A DNA stretch of 60,223 bases, filler included. It is 7 parts of 7 records of this genome, joined end to end, with 100 filler letters (N's around TTAATTAATTAA, not from the genome) between each part and the next. Parts side by side here need not be neighbours in the genome. Positions count along the whole stretch, not along the records: positions 26,680 to 35,382 come from SRR2962707_3445; positions 35,483 to 41,837 come from SRR2962707_3447; positions 41,938 to 50,657 come from SRR2962707_3449; 4 more parts are not named here. The stretch is one strand, 5' to 3'. Positions 33,517 to 43,639 of the stretch are shown piece after piece. Numbering within the stretch: the stretch's first letter is position 1; each line of letters opens with the position of its first letter. The position numbers and the translations under genes were made by a program. The notes beneath the pieces are model-generated. The model saw only the letters and a list, made by a program, of their open reading frames with translations, searched no databases and was not told the origin of the DNA.

Positions 33517-34353
33517 ATGGCAGGCACCGACCACAAGCAAGATTTGATCGCTGAAGGACCGGCGGTCATTCTCGTTGAGCCGCAACTTGGCGAAAATATC
33601 GGCATGGCGGCCCGTGCGATGGCAAATTTCGGCTTGATTGATCTGCGCATAGTGAATCCGCGCGATGGCTGGCCAAATCCAAAGGCGGAAAGTGCTGCAG
33701 CCGGTGCGCTGTATATATTGGAGAAGGCAACACTTTATCCCACATTGCGCGATGCGATTGCCGATTTGAACTATGTCGTGGCCACAACGGCGCGTATGCG
33801 CGACGGCTTTAAGCGTGTGCTTGGCCCACAAGAAGCCAGCCAGAACCTACGCGACCGGCTGAACAAGCAGCAAAATATTGGCATCCTGTTTGGCCGCGAG
33901 CGCATTGGCCTGCGCAATGAGGAAGTCAGCCTTGCCGATGATATTGTGACCTTTCCGGTCAATCCGGCCTATGCGTCGCTCAATATCGCGCAAGCGGTAC
34001 TGTTGATGTCCTATGAGTTTCTCAAAACCAAGGATGTTGAGACCGCTATTTTGCCCTTTGAAGGTCCAACCTTCGAAGAAGCACCCAAGGATGATCTTCT
34101 CGGCTTGTTTAATCAGCTCGAAGAAGCGCTTGGCGCACGCGGCTATTTTAGAACCGATGAAAAACGACCGATTCTAACGGAAAATTTGCGCGCAGTGCTC
34201 TCACGGCCGGGATATTCGACATCTGAAATTCAGGTGCTTCGTGGCGTTATTTCATCGCTTGATCGCTTTAGCCGTCAAATGCCGCGCGGGGCAGGCAGCC
34301 CAAATGATGATCCGCACCGCGCTGCGCAAAAGGAAAACGCAAGCGATGAGTGA
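33517..34353 (+). CDS. TrmJ/LasT-family SPOUT RNA methyltransferase
   Basis: [34 protein letters not shown]. Confidence 0.93.
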   Translation: MAGTDHKQDLIAEGPAVILVEPQLGENIGMAARAMANFGLIDLRIVNPRDGWPNPKAESAAAGALYILEKATLYPTLRDAIADLNYVVATTARMRDGFKRVLGPQEASQNLRDRLNKQQNIGILFGRERIGLRNEEVSLADDIVTFPVNPAYASLNIAQAVLLMSYEFLKTKDVETAILPFEGPTFEEAPKDDLLGLFNQLEEALGARGYFRTDEKRPILTENLRAVLSRPGYSTSEIQVLRGVISSLDRFSRQMPRGAGSPNDDPHRAAQKENASDE

Positions 34354-35164
34354 TTTACCGCGCAATTCCACGATCTTGGTTTTTGATAGCGGCATTGGCG
34401 GCCTATCCGTGTTGAAAGAAATGCGGATTATTATGCCCGCGATGAACTACATCTATGTCGCCGATGATGCAGGCTTTCCCTATGGCAATTGGGAAGAGCC
34501 AGCGCTTTTAGACCGTATGACGAAATTATTTGGCGAGCTGATCGCACAATTTCATCCAGGTATGATTGTGATTGCCTGCAATACGGCATCAACGCTGGCG
34601 ATTGAGCATCTGCGCCAAAGCTACCCCAACGACATATTCGTCGGCACTGTGCCGGCCATTAAACCGGCTGCAGAGCGCACCGCGTCGGGCTTGGTCTCTG
34701 TGTTGGCAACGCCCGGCACCGTGAAGCGTCAATATACCCGCGATCTCATCAAGCAATATGCCTCAAAATGCCATGTGCGCCTTGTCGGCAGTGTAAAGCT
34801 AGCAGCTTTGGCCGAAACCTATATGCGCACCGGCTTTGTGGATGAGGAACAAGTGCGCGAGGAAGCAGCGCCTTGTTTTGTTGAAAAAGAGGGTAGGCGC
34901 ACCGACATCATCGTTCTGGCCTGCACGCATTATCCGTTTTTGGTCAATCGCTTGCGAAAAATCGCGCCATGGCCTGTTGATTGGATTGATACCTGTGAGG
35001 CAATTGCCCGCCGCGCGGCCTCACTATGCCAATCAATGACGTTCACACCGCGTGATATGAGCAAGCCCGATGTGGCGCTTTTCACCTCTGGAAAACCTAG
35101 TTTGGAGCTCGAGCGCCTGTTTGGTGGCTTTGGCCTTGGTGTTGCGCCATTTATATTCGCTTGA
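34346..35164 (+). CDS. murI: Glutamate racemase
   Basis: [34 protein letters not shown]. Confidence 0.97.
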   Translation: MSDLPRNSTILVFDSGIGGLSVLKEMRIIMPAMNYIYVADDAGFPYGNWEEPALLDRMTKLFGELIAQFHPGMIVIACNTASTLAIEHLRQSYPNDIFVGTVPAIKPAAERTASGLVSVLATPGTVKRQYTRDLIKQYASKCHVRLVGSVKLAALAETYMRTGFVDEEQVREEAAPCFVEKEGRRTDIIVLACTHYPFLVNRLRKIAPWPVDWIDTCEAIARRAASLCQSMTFTPRDMSKPDVALFTSGKPSLELERLFGGFGLGVAPFIFA

Positions 35165-35167
35165 GAA

Positions 35168-35196
35168 TTGACAACACAGGCAAATAAACCTATGAG
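35168..35196 (+). promoter_or_regulatory. Sigma70-type promoter upstream of rpsD
   Basis: TTGACA-17 nt-TATGAG. Confidence 0.6.
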
Positions 35197-35369
35197 CAGC
35201 CATCCCGCTTCTGCGGGGTTTTTTACGTGTCCCGTGAACCAAACATCCGCTTAAATAATTTCGCGTGCGTGGTTGGTTCTGTCAGATGGCAATAGCTATC
35301 AGAGGAGGGCGCGTTTCCTTCACTCGAAGCATGGTGTTTCGGGTGTTCTTGTTTTTGAAAGGAAATGCG

Positions 35370-35382
35370 ATGAGCAAGCGCG
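35370..35382 (+). CDS. rpsD: 30S ribosomal protein S4 (first four codons only)
   Basis: GAAAGGAAAT RBS then ATG AGC AAG CGC (MSKR); murI-rpsD adjacency is familiar from Rhizobiales. Confidence 0.6.
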
Positions 35383-35482
35383 NNNNNNNNNNNNNNNNNN
35401 NNNNNNNNNNNNNNNNNNNNNNNNNNTTAATTAATTAANNNNNNNNNNNNNNNNNNNNNNNNNNNNNNNNNNNNNNNNNNNN
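35383..35482. other. Artificial contig linker
   Basis: 44 N + TTAATTAATTAA + 44 N. Confidence 0.99.
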
Positions 35483-36780
35483 GGCACGCCGATCACTGCG
35501 GATTCCAGCACGCCAGGTTGATCATCGAGGAGCAGTTCGATTTCCTTGGGGTAGATGTTGTATCCGCCCGAAATGATCAGATCCTTGTTGCGCCCTACGA
35601 TCGAGACATAACCGCCATCGTCGATTTGCCCAAGGTCACCGGTGATAAAGAAACCATCTGTGCGCAGCTCTTCGGCGGTTTTTTCAGGCATTTGCCAGTA
35701 ACCTTTGAACACGTTCGGGCCGCGCACCTCGATCTGGCCGATTTCACCCTGCGGCAGGGTCGTGCCGGTCGCAGGATCGGTGATCTTCAGCTCGACACCG
35801 GGCAGGGGGAAACCCACCGTGCCGGCGCGACGTTCGCCATCATAAGGGTTCGAAGTGTTCATGTTCGTTTCGGTCATGCCGTACCGTTCAAGGATGCGGT
35901 GACCTGTGCGGCCCTCAAACTGGACATGGGTTTCGGCGAGCAGTGGAGCAGAGCCAGAAATGAACAGGCGCATGTGGCGGGTTAGGCCCCTGTCAAAGCG
36001 CGGATCGTCCAGCAGGCGGGTGTAAAAGGTCGGTACCCCCATCATCGTGGTAGCCATTGGCAGGCGGATGATCATCTCGTCCAGGTCGAATTTTGGTAGA
36101 AAAATCATGGATCCGTCGGTGACCAGCAGGGTGTTGGTCGCCACGAAAAGCCCGTGTGTGTGAAAAATTGGCAAGGCGTGCAGCAGCACGTCCTCTGCGG
36201 TGAACCGCCAGTAATCGGCCAATGTCTGTGCATTACTAAGCAGATTGCCTTGGGTCAGCATCGCCCCTTTGGACCGTCCCGTGGTACCAGAGGTGTAGAG
36301 AAAGGCGGCAAGGTCATTTGCGTCGCGCGGCACAGTGTCAAAGCTGTCGGGCATGGATTTAGCGGCATCCATCAGCGACCCGGTCCCATTTGCATTCAGG
36401 GTCTGCAACATGGCGCCGCAACCGGTGGCGATGGGGGCCAGAGCGCCGGCCTTGGACATGTCGCAAAGCAGCAGTGCCGCCCCGGAATTTTCAACGAAAT
36501 AGCGGATTTCGTCGCCCATGTAGCCGGTGTTGAGCGGCAGAAAGACGACACCCGACTGAACGCAGGCGGCATAAACGGCCAGTGCCTCGGGTGATTTTTC
36601 GATCTGGGCGGCAAGGCGGTCGCCGGGTTTAAGTCCCAAATTGGTCAAGACATGCGCAATGCGTGCCGCCTGCTGCAGAAAGGCATCATGTGTGACGGTG
36701 CTGCCATCCGGCAGGTGCAGAAAGACCGTGCTTTTTGTGGCATGGCGTCCGAAGAGGGTGTCGTAAAGTGGGTTTGCCAT
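35483..36780 (-). CDS. matB: Malonyl-CoA synthetase (3' partial)
   Basis: YTSGTTGRSKGAML, LPIFHTHGLFVA, ERYGMTET, SNPYDGERRAGTVG; follows malonyl-CoA decarboxylase. Confidence 0.95.
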
Positions 36781-36792
36781 GGGTTTTGTCCT

Positions 36793-38037
36793 TCATGCGT
36801 CCAGTAGCGACACTGCAGAGGCCAATGCGCGTACCTCGGACGAGGCGGCGATGGTGCCTGCGGCGGCAAATCGTTCGTGGTTCTGTGTGATCTGGGCCAG
36901 ATCGTAGAGGTAGTTCACCATGATCCCACCCGACTGCCGTACCCCGTTGGCCGAGGTGTCGGCCCCCGCGTGCACGGCGTGGACTTGCGCGCCATTGCCA
37001 AGGTGAAACCGCGCCACGGGGTCCACCGGGGCACCATTGGTGCGTTTCGCGTTGGTCAGGTAATAGGCAGCGATCTGGCGTTGGGCTGTCGCGTCGTCGG
37101 GCAGGGCGCGCTCCTCTTTTTCGAGCCATTGATTGAGCCCGGGGATCGGCGACAGCGTGACAAAGGTCTTGAGACCGGGGAGTTCACGGCTCAGATCCGC
37201 GACAACCTGTTTGATCAGCGAATTGCCAAAGGAAATCCCAGCAAGTCCGGCCTGACAGTTCGAGATGGAATAGAACACGGCTGTATCGGCATCTTGTGCC
37301 GCAAGCGGTGCGCGTCCGTCGGCCAGCAAATCCTGGATTGAGGCGGGCACGCCCTTTGTCAGGGCGACTTCGACAAAGATCAGTGGTTCATTTGGCATGG
37401 AGGGGTGGAAGAAGGCAAAACAGCGCCGATCTGCGGGCTGCAATCGACGGCGCAGATCGTCCCAACTGTGGATGGCGTGCACGGCCTCGTATACTATAAT
37501 TTTCTCAAGGATCTCGGCAGGGCTTTCCCAGTTGATGGGGCGCAGCACCAGAAAACCGCGATTGAACCACGACGCGAACAGATGGCGCAGGTCCAGATCC
37601 AGCATGGCGAATTCGGGGTTTTTGCCGGTCATGCGCAGCAGATCTGAACGCATTTCCACCAGTTGCCCGGTGGCACCCGGCACCTGATTGAGCCGCCGCG
37701 CCAGTTCCTGACGTGGCGGTTCGACCAGATCCATCAGGGCGCGATAGCTCGTCTTGTTTGCGCCGACATCATAGGTATCTAGGGCCGTGCGCACAGCGGC
37801 AGTGTCGATGCCCTGTTCGCCCGTGAGATAGGCAAAAAAGGCGCGCTTTTCCTCCCACTCCATCGCGGCGTAGCGGTCCAGGATCAACCGGGCCAGTACC
37901 ATGCCGGACACCTCACCGGCGTTGCTGATAAGATCCGCGCAAAGCTCTTCTATGCTGCGCCCCTTGCGGTCAGGTTCTGTGGCGCCTCGATACCGGCGAT
38001 CAAAAACAGTCGATAACAGGTCGGCAAAAAGGCTCAT
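36793..38037 (-). CDS. matA: Malonyl-CoA decarboxylase
   Basis: SWFNRGFL, YEAVH, EPLIFVEVAL, FYSISNCQ.GL.GISFGNSLIKQVV, DPVARFHLGNGA; start ATG 38037 overlaps the upstream stop. Confidence 0.95.
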   Translation of the reverse strand: MSLFADLLSTVFDRRYRGATEPDRKGRSIEELCADLISNAGEVSGMVLARLILDRYAAMEWEEKRAFFAYLTGEQGIDTAAVRTALDTYDVGANKTSYRALMDLVEPPRQELARRLNQVPGATGQLVEMRSDLLRMTGKNPEFAMLDLDLRHLFASWFNRGFLVLRPINWESPAEILEKIIVYEAVHAIHSWDDLRRRLQPADRRCFAFFHPSMPNEPLIFVEVALTKGVPASIQDLLADGRAPLAAQDADTAVFYSISNCQAGLAGISFGNSLIKQVVADLSRELPGLKTFVTLSPIPGLNQWLEKEERALPDDATAQRQIAAYYLTNAKRTNGAPVDPVARFHLGNGAQVHAVHAGADTSANGVRQSGGIMVNYLYDLAQITQNHERFAAAGTIAASSEVRALASAVSLLDA

Positions 38038-39350
38038 AATCTTTGTCCCATCACATAGTCGGGGAGCCAAGTGGCGATGCCGGGAAAGAGGCAGAGCAGC
38101 ACGATGGCCAGCATCATGCAGGCGACATAGGGCAATGACCCGAGCAGGATTGTCTTGAGCGAGATATCCGGCGCGATGCCGTTGATGACGTAAAGGTTGA
38201 GTCCGACAGGCGGCGATATCAGGCCGATCTCCATATTTATGGTCAGGATCACCGCGAACCAGATCGGATCGAAACCAGCGACGGTGATGATCGGCAACAA
38301 GATGGGCGCTGCCATAAGGATCACCGCGACCGGTGGCAGAAAAAAACCGGCAACCAGCAGGAAGAGGTTGATCATCGCCATCAGCACCCAGCGGTTCACA
38401 TCCAGCGTACCGATCCATTCCGCGATGCTTTGCGTGATGAACAGGGACGAGAGCATGTATGAAAACACGCCGGCCGCGCCGATGATGAACAGGATCATCA
38501 CCGATTCACGGGTTGAATCCCGTAAAATCACCCAGAGGTCGCGCGGGTGCCACAGCCGATAAATCAGCACGGCGATCACGATGCAAAGCAGCGCACCCAC
38601 GGCCGCGGTTTCTGACGGTGTCGCGATGCCGCCGTACATGGCGTAGAGCACGCCCAGGATGATGGCGAGGAAGGGCAGGACCTTTGGCAGGATCTCGAAC
38701 TTTTGCTTCCAGGTGTAACTGCCTGTGGCCAGCACCCGTGCGTCGCCCGACCGCCAGGTGGCGTAGATCGACCAGGCCATGAACAGGGCAACCAGCATGA
38801 TACCGGGCAGCACGCCTGCCAGGAACAACCGCCCGATCGATGATTCAGTGGCGATGCCGTAGACGATCATCGTCACCGACGGAGGGATCAGAATGCCAAG
38901 CGTGCCGCCGGCCGCAATGGACCCCGCCGCAACACCGTCCGGGTATCCGCGCTTGCGCATCTCTGGGATGCCCATCTTGCCGATGGCCGCACAGGTCGCC
39001 GGAGAGGAGCCTGACATCGCCGCGAACAGAGCGCAGGCCCCGAGGTTGGATATGACAAGACCGCCGGGAATGCGGGTCAGCCAGCGTTCCAGCGCCTCGT
39101 AAAGGTCGGCTCCGGCTCGGGTGGATGCGATAGAGGCACCCATGATGATGAACATCGGGATCGACAGTAGGGCAAAGCTGTTGAGTTCGGCAAAGATCAG
39201 ATCGGGCAAGGATTGCAGCGACCGCGTCCCGTCGAACACCAGCAGAAAACCGGTCGCGACGATCAGCAGCCCGGATGCCACCGATATGCCGGAAAACAGG
39301 ACTACAATGGTGATAATCGCCACCAGAAGGGCAAGCGTGAGCGGATCCAT
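38034..39350 (-). CDS. TRAP transporter large permease (DctM family)
   Basis: SGSSPAT, GGTLGILIPPS, GLISPPVGLNLYV. Confidence 0.95.
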   Translation of the reverse strand: MDPLTLALLVAIITIVVLFSGISVASGLLIVATGFLLVFDGTRSLQSLPDLIFAELNSFALLSIPMFIIMGASIASTRAGADLYEALERWLTRIPGGLVISNLGACALFAAMSGSSPATCAAIGKMGIPEMRKRGYPDGVAAGSIAAGGTLGILIPPSVTMIVYGIATESSIGRLFLAGVLPGIMLVALFMAWSIYATWRSGDARVLATGSYTWKQKFEILPKVLPFLAIILGVLYAMYGGIATPSETAAVGALLCIVIAVLIYRLWHPRDLWVILRDSTRESVMILFIIGAAGVFSYMLSSLFITQSIAEWIGTLDVNRWVLMAMINLFLLVAGFFLPPVAVILMAAPILLPIITVAGFDPIWFAVILTINMEIGLISPPVGLNLYVINGIAPDISLKTILLGSLPYVACMMLAIVLLCLFPGIATWLPDYVMGQRL

Positions 39351-39916
39351 TATCGGCCCCCTTCCTGTGGCAGGATATCCGGGACCATGGAAGCGGCCAG
39401 CGGATTGTCCCGTCCTGTGACGGTCATGAAAAGATCTGCGGTCACCTGCAAAAAGAACAGCGCAAAGCCCAGAGGCACGGTCATATAGGGAATCCAGAGC
39501 GGAAAGGCCCAGACACTCTCTGATTTCCAGTTGCGGGACCAGGCAAGGTGAAAGGTGTCATAGCCGTAATAGATCATCACCCCCGCCATGATGAGGGTCA
39601 TGATCAGCACGAACAGCGCCAGGATACGGCGCGCACCCGGCGGCATCAGTCCCGGTAGGAGATCGACACCCACATGCCCGCGCAGGCGCTGGACGTAACA
39701 TAAGCCCAGAAGCGTCGCCGCGATGACAAGATAGATCACGGCCTCGGTCTGCCAGAAGGTGGATTGTTTCAGGATCAGCCGGACAAAGATCATCTGGCAA
39801 GTAATAAACACGGACAACAGGATCATCATGGCGGCGATCACGCCGCAAACATCCGAAACCCTGCGGATGATCTGCACAGGCATGGGCACGGCGCCGGGAT
39901 AGGCGAGGTGGGTCAT
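39350..39916 (-). CDS. TRAP transporter small permease (DctQ family)
   Basis: Four TM helices, WQTE, GHVGVDL. Confidence 0.9.
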   Translation of the reverse strand: MTHLAYPGAVPMPVQIIRRVSDVCGVIAAMMILLSVFITCQMIFVRLILKQSTFWQTEAVIYLVIAATLLGLCYVQRLRGHVGVDLLPGLMPPGARRILALFVLIMTLIMAGVMIYYGYDTFHLAWSRNWKSESVWAFPLWIPYMTVPLGFALFFLQVTADLFMTVTGRDNPLAASMVPDILPQEGGR

Positions 39917-39982
39917 ATGGGGTGGCTCCGTTTAGCAAAGGGGACACCCGCCGAGCCATGGGGCCAGGCGGGTGCAGGTGGA

Positions 39983-40969
39983 TCACTTCACTGCAAGCGC
40001 CATATCGAGAAGGTCCTGACCGTTCGGGGTTTCTTCGACGAAGATCGGAAAGGCGGTCGTTTTGGCCAGTGCCAGCCAAAGGTCAAAATCTTCGGGCGTC
40101 ATGTCGGCAATTTCCACACCTGCATCTGCAAAGGTCTGGCGCGCCACTTCGTCACCCTTCTTGCCCTCTTCGAGATAGAAGGCCTCTGCCTTGGCGGCGG
40201 CATCGGTCAGCGCCTTCTGCTGCTCGGGTGTCAGCGATTCAAAGGCCGTCTTGTTGATCAGCATGGGCTGGTACATGAACCACAGCGCGGTGTCGCCTGC
40301 GGGAGTGTAGCATTCCAGCTGTTCGTAAAGGCGGTAGCTGACAAAGCTTTCGGACGACGTGTTAGTGGCATCCAAAACACCGGTCTGGAGCGCCGGGTAA
40401 ATTTCGGAAGAAGCCATGGAAGAGATCGATGCACCGGCTCCGGCGAGCATTTCTTCGAAGGATTTTCCGGCCGCACGGATCGCAATACCCTCAACGTCCG
40501 CAGGCTTGGTAATGCAGCCGTTATTCGAGCCAAAGCCACCCGCGAGGTAGCCGTGCACCAGCACCATGACGTCGTCTTGTGCCATGATTTCCTGAAGTTT
40601 TTCCATGAAAGGCGAATGCGACAGGCGGTCGCCGTGATCAAGGTTTTTCACCAGGCCCGGCATCAGAGTGAGGTTGTAGGCTGGCTGCTGGCCACCTGCG
40701 TAGGACAGCGGCAGAACGGTCATATCCAGCTGTCCGCGTGACAGCGGCGTATACTGCTCGCGCGCCTTGAACAGGGACTGCGAGCCGAAAACTTTGATGG
40801 AAAGATCGACATCGGCGGCGGCGACATCTTCGGCCACCATTTCCGCAATTTTGTTGCGGACGTCGTTGCCCGACCACTGGTGCGACAGGCGCAGTTCTGT
40901 GGCCTGTGCCGTGCTGGCTAATGCGGCAAGGGTCAGTGCGGCGACGGTTGTTTTCAGAATATGTTTCAT
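39983..40969 (-). CDS. TRAP transporter substrate-binding protein (DctP family)
   Basis: Signal peptide MKHILKTTVAALTLAALASTAQA; SEIYPALQTGVLDA; GGGAGG RBS. Confidence 0.93.
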   Translation of the reverse strand: MKHILKTTVAALTLAALASTAQATELRLSHQWSGNDVRNKIAEMVAEDVAAADVDLSIKVFGSQSLFKAREQYTPLSRGQLDMTVLPLSYAGGQQPAYNLTLMPGLVKNLDHGDRLSHSPFMEKLQEIMAQDDVMVLVHGYLAGGFGSNNGCITKPADVEGIAIRAAGKSFEEMLAGAGASISSMASSEIYPALQTGVLDATNTSSESFVSYRLYEQLECYTPAGDTALWFMYQPMLINKTAFESLTPEQQKALTDAAAKAEAFYLEEGKKGDEVARQTFADAGVEIADMTPEDFDLWLALAKTTAFPIFVEETPNGQDLLDMALAVK

Positions 40970-41051
40970 CATTTCCTCCCAGAAACGCCCGACCCTCCCC
41001 GGTCGGACTTGATGGCTGAAAGGTGCGGGATGAGGCACTGAGAGTCAATCA

Positions 41052-41065
41052 TATTGTATACAATA
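41052..41065. promoter_or_regulatory. GntR/MatR operator palindrome
   Basis: Perfect 14-bp palindrome TATTGTATACAATA between the divergent TRAP gene and regulator. Confidence 0.75.
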
Positions 41066-41109
41066 ATTTGGATCTTGCCGACAAGGAGCCATCCCCGTAG
41101 CATCAGGGT

Positions 41110-41766
41110 ATGGAAAAACCGCGCCCCAACGAGATTGCAGAAGCGCTTGAGGAACTGGTTTTTACCGGCGAATTCCGGGACGGTGACAGGCTGGATGAGA
41201 TCACGCTGGCGGCCCGCTTCGGTGTGTCGAGGACCCCGATTCGTGAGGCTTTGCAACGACTTGTGGTGTCAGGTCTGGCCGAACAACTGCCGCGCCGTGG
41301 CGTGTTTATCCGCCAGCCGGGTCCGGTAGAGCTGATGCAGATGTTCGAAACTATGGCCGAAATCGAGGCGGCCTGTGGGCGGCTGGCTGCGATGCGCATA
41401 TCCGATGCGGCGCTGGGCAGGCTGACACAGACGAACGCACTGTGTCAGGCGGCGGTGGCGGCGGATGACGCGGATAAATATTACCGGGAAAACCAGAAAT
41501 TTCATCATATTATCTACCATGAGACCGGCAACAGCTTTCTTGAAAATGAGGCACTGCGGTTGAACCGTCGGTTGATACCGTTTCGCCGGATGCAGCTGCG
41601 CTGGCGGGGGCGGATGGCGCAGTCAATGGAAGAGCATGAAACCGTTGTGGCGGCCCTCCGTGACGGAAATGCTGGGCTGGCGGCGGATACGCTGCGGGCG
41701 CATGTCGCGGTGCAGGGTGAAAAATTCCATCAGTTGATCGCAAGTTTACGAATGGCGGCGCAGTAG
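41110..41766 (+). CDS. GntR family (FCD) regulator, MatR-like
   Basis: LAARFGVSRTPIREAL HTH; FCD domain with N.KFH and EEH; divergent from the malonate operon. Confidence 0.92.
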   Translation: MEKPRPNEIAEALEELVFTGEFRDGDRLDEITLAARFGVSRTPIREALQRLVVSGLAEQLPRRGVFIRQPGPVELMQMFETMAEIEAACGRLAAMRISDAALGRLTQTNALCQAAVAADDADKYYRENQKFHHIIYHETGNSFLENEALRLNRRLIPFRRMQLRWRGRMAQSMEEHETVVAALRDGNAGLAADTLRAHVAVQGEKFHQLIASLRMAAQ

Positions 41767-41790
41767 CCGCCGAACCCGAAATCAAGGGGC

Positions 41791-41837
41791 TGGAAACCGT
41801 ATGGTTGGCGTATGGAAACCGTATGGCTGGCGTATGG
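41791..41837. repeat. Short tandem repeat with 11/22-nt period, running off the contig end
   Basis: TGGAAACCGTATGGTTGGCGTA TGGAAACCGTATGGCTGGCGTA TGG; CGTATGG recurs every 11 nt. Confidence 0.8.
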
Positions 41838-41937
41838 NNNNNNNNNNNNNNNNNNNNNNNNNNNNNNNNNNNNNNNNNNNNTTAATTAATTAANNNNNNN
41901 NNNNNNNNNNNNNNNNNNNNNNNNNNNNNNNNNNNNN
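41838..41937. other. Artificial contig linker
   Basis: 44 N + TTAATTAATTAA + 44 N. Confidence 0.99.
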
Positions 41938-42188
41938 TGTTGTTGTTGCTGCTGCTGCTGTTGTTGTCGTTTTTCTTTTTCCCCTTCCTTGTTTGTGGCG
42001 CGTGGTGGCTGGCTGGCTGGCTGCTGTTCTTGCGTTGCGGCGCTTTCCTCCATTTTTTGGTCGCTTACTTTCGTTGTCTTTTTCACTCCCACTCCCACTT
42101 CGACGCCTCGTGCAACTCCTCCCACCTCACCTCGTGTGGTTTTCGTCATTTCCTTGGCTTCTTTTTATCTTAAAAGACTCACAGCACA

Positions 42189-43265
42189 ATGAGCGTGCTC
42201 ATCCGTCTTGCGCAGGCATCTGCTGGGCTCGGCCTTGCCGGGTTCATCGCCAGCGAGTCCATCTTTGATGTGGACGGAGGTCACGGCGTCGTCCTCTTCG
42301 ACAAGCTCCGCGGAGTAATCCCCACCCCGTACGGCCAGGGCACCCACTTCATGATTCCGTTCATCCAGACGCCCATCGACTACGAGATCCGAACGCGCCA
42401 CCGCACCATCAGCACCCACACCGGTACCAAGGATCTCCAGATGATCAACATCTCGCTCCGTGTGCTGTCGCGCCCGGTCTTTGACCGACTGCCCAAGATC
42501 TACCAGAAGCTCGGCACCGACTACGAGTTCCGCGTGCTCCCCTCCATTGGCAACGAGGTGCTCAAGGCCGTCGTCGCGCAGTACAACGCGGACCAGCTCC
42601 TCACCATGCGTGAGCAGGTGTCCCGCGACATTCGCGACCAGCTTGAGGCTCGTGCTGCGGATTTCGACTTGGTGCTGGACGACGTGTCAATCACGCACTT
42701 GACGTTCGGCACTGAGTTCACGCGTGCCATTGAAGCGAAGCAAGTGAAGCAGCAGGAAGCTGAGAAGGCGAAGTTTGAGGTGATGCGTGCTGAGCACGAG
42801 AAGGACGCCGCTGTGATCATCGCCGAGGGCGAAGCCGAGGCAGCGAAGCTTGTCAGGTGAGATTCGTGGCTGCGTGCGCGCGTGTAGTGGGAAGCTTGCT
42901 TGCTGTCACGGTGGCACATGATCGTCAAACAAAAACAAATCACTCCATTCAGAAACCCCCTGTTGACTTGCTGTCTACAGCGTTTCGTTGATGCCTCACC
43001 CGTGCCTGCTTGTTTTGCTCAAACTCACAACCGCAACGCCCAGTCTTTGTCCGGGTTTCTTTGCCCACTTTTCTCACCCGAAACTGCCCCTTTTGTAATG
43101 TTTGTTTTCAGTGATGCTGTGGACCAACACGGCAAGGGCCTCATTGAGGTGCGGAGGCTCGACGCAGCCCGCGATATCGCGGCAACTCTGGCCCGCTCCC
43201 GTGGTGTCACTTACCTTCCTGGAGGGAACGGCAGCAACATCCTGCTCAACATTCCGGCGCAGTAA
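42189..43265 (+). CDS. Prohibitin, PHB1-like (eukaryotic); exons 42189-42856 and 43112-43265; 273 aa
   Basis: [44 protein letters not shown]; intron GTGAGA...TTTTCAG restores the C-terminus VTYLP. Confidence 0.93.
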
Positions 43266-43639
43266 TTGCATCAGTTAGTCGCGGGCTTGTCATTGTCGCC
43301 AAATAGTTTCCGCTGACGACCTTGCCAAGCCTGCTTTGTTTTGTGTGATTCGAATCACGAATTGCGCAGACACAACAATAGACACCGTGACTGGAGTAGA
43401 ACGCGTCGACCGTGCGTGCGTTGCACGAACGAGTTGGGTGCCACTCCACAACGCCAGCTTCGTTGCTGGGCCTGCTTTTTGACGTTGGTCTCAGCCAAAA
43501 ATGCACACGCCGGTCGAGCACTTAGGATTGACCGGTGGTGATGCGAGTAAAAGTTTTATTTGTATTAGCTCCAGTTTCTCCCTCTCTCCCTCATAAACAC
43601 CTCCACGCACTCCAAAAACACCTGGTTGTTCTCGTCGCT

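Noticed and set aside
38038..38418. N-terminal extension of malonyl-CoA decarboxylase in the ORF track
   Set aside because: Overlaps the TRAP large permease in another frame; the plausible start is ATG 38037
41791..41837. Possible CRISPR array at contig end
   Set aside because: Units are directly tandem with no unique spacers, and no cas genes are present
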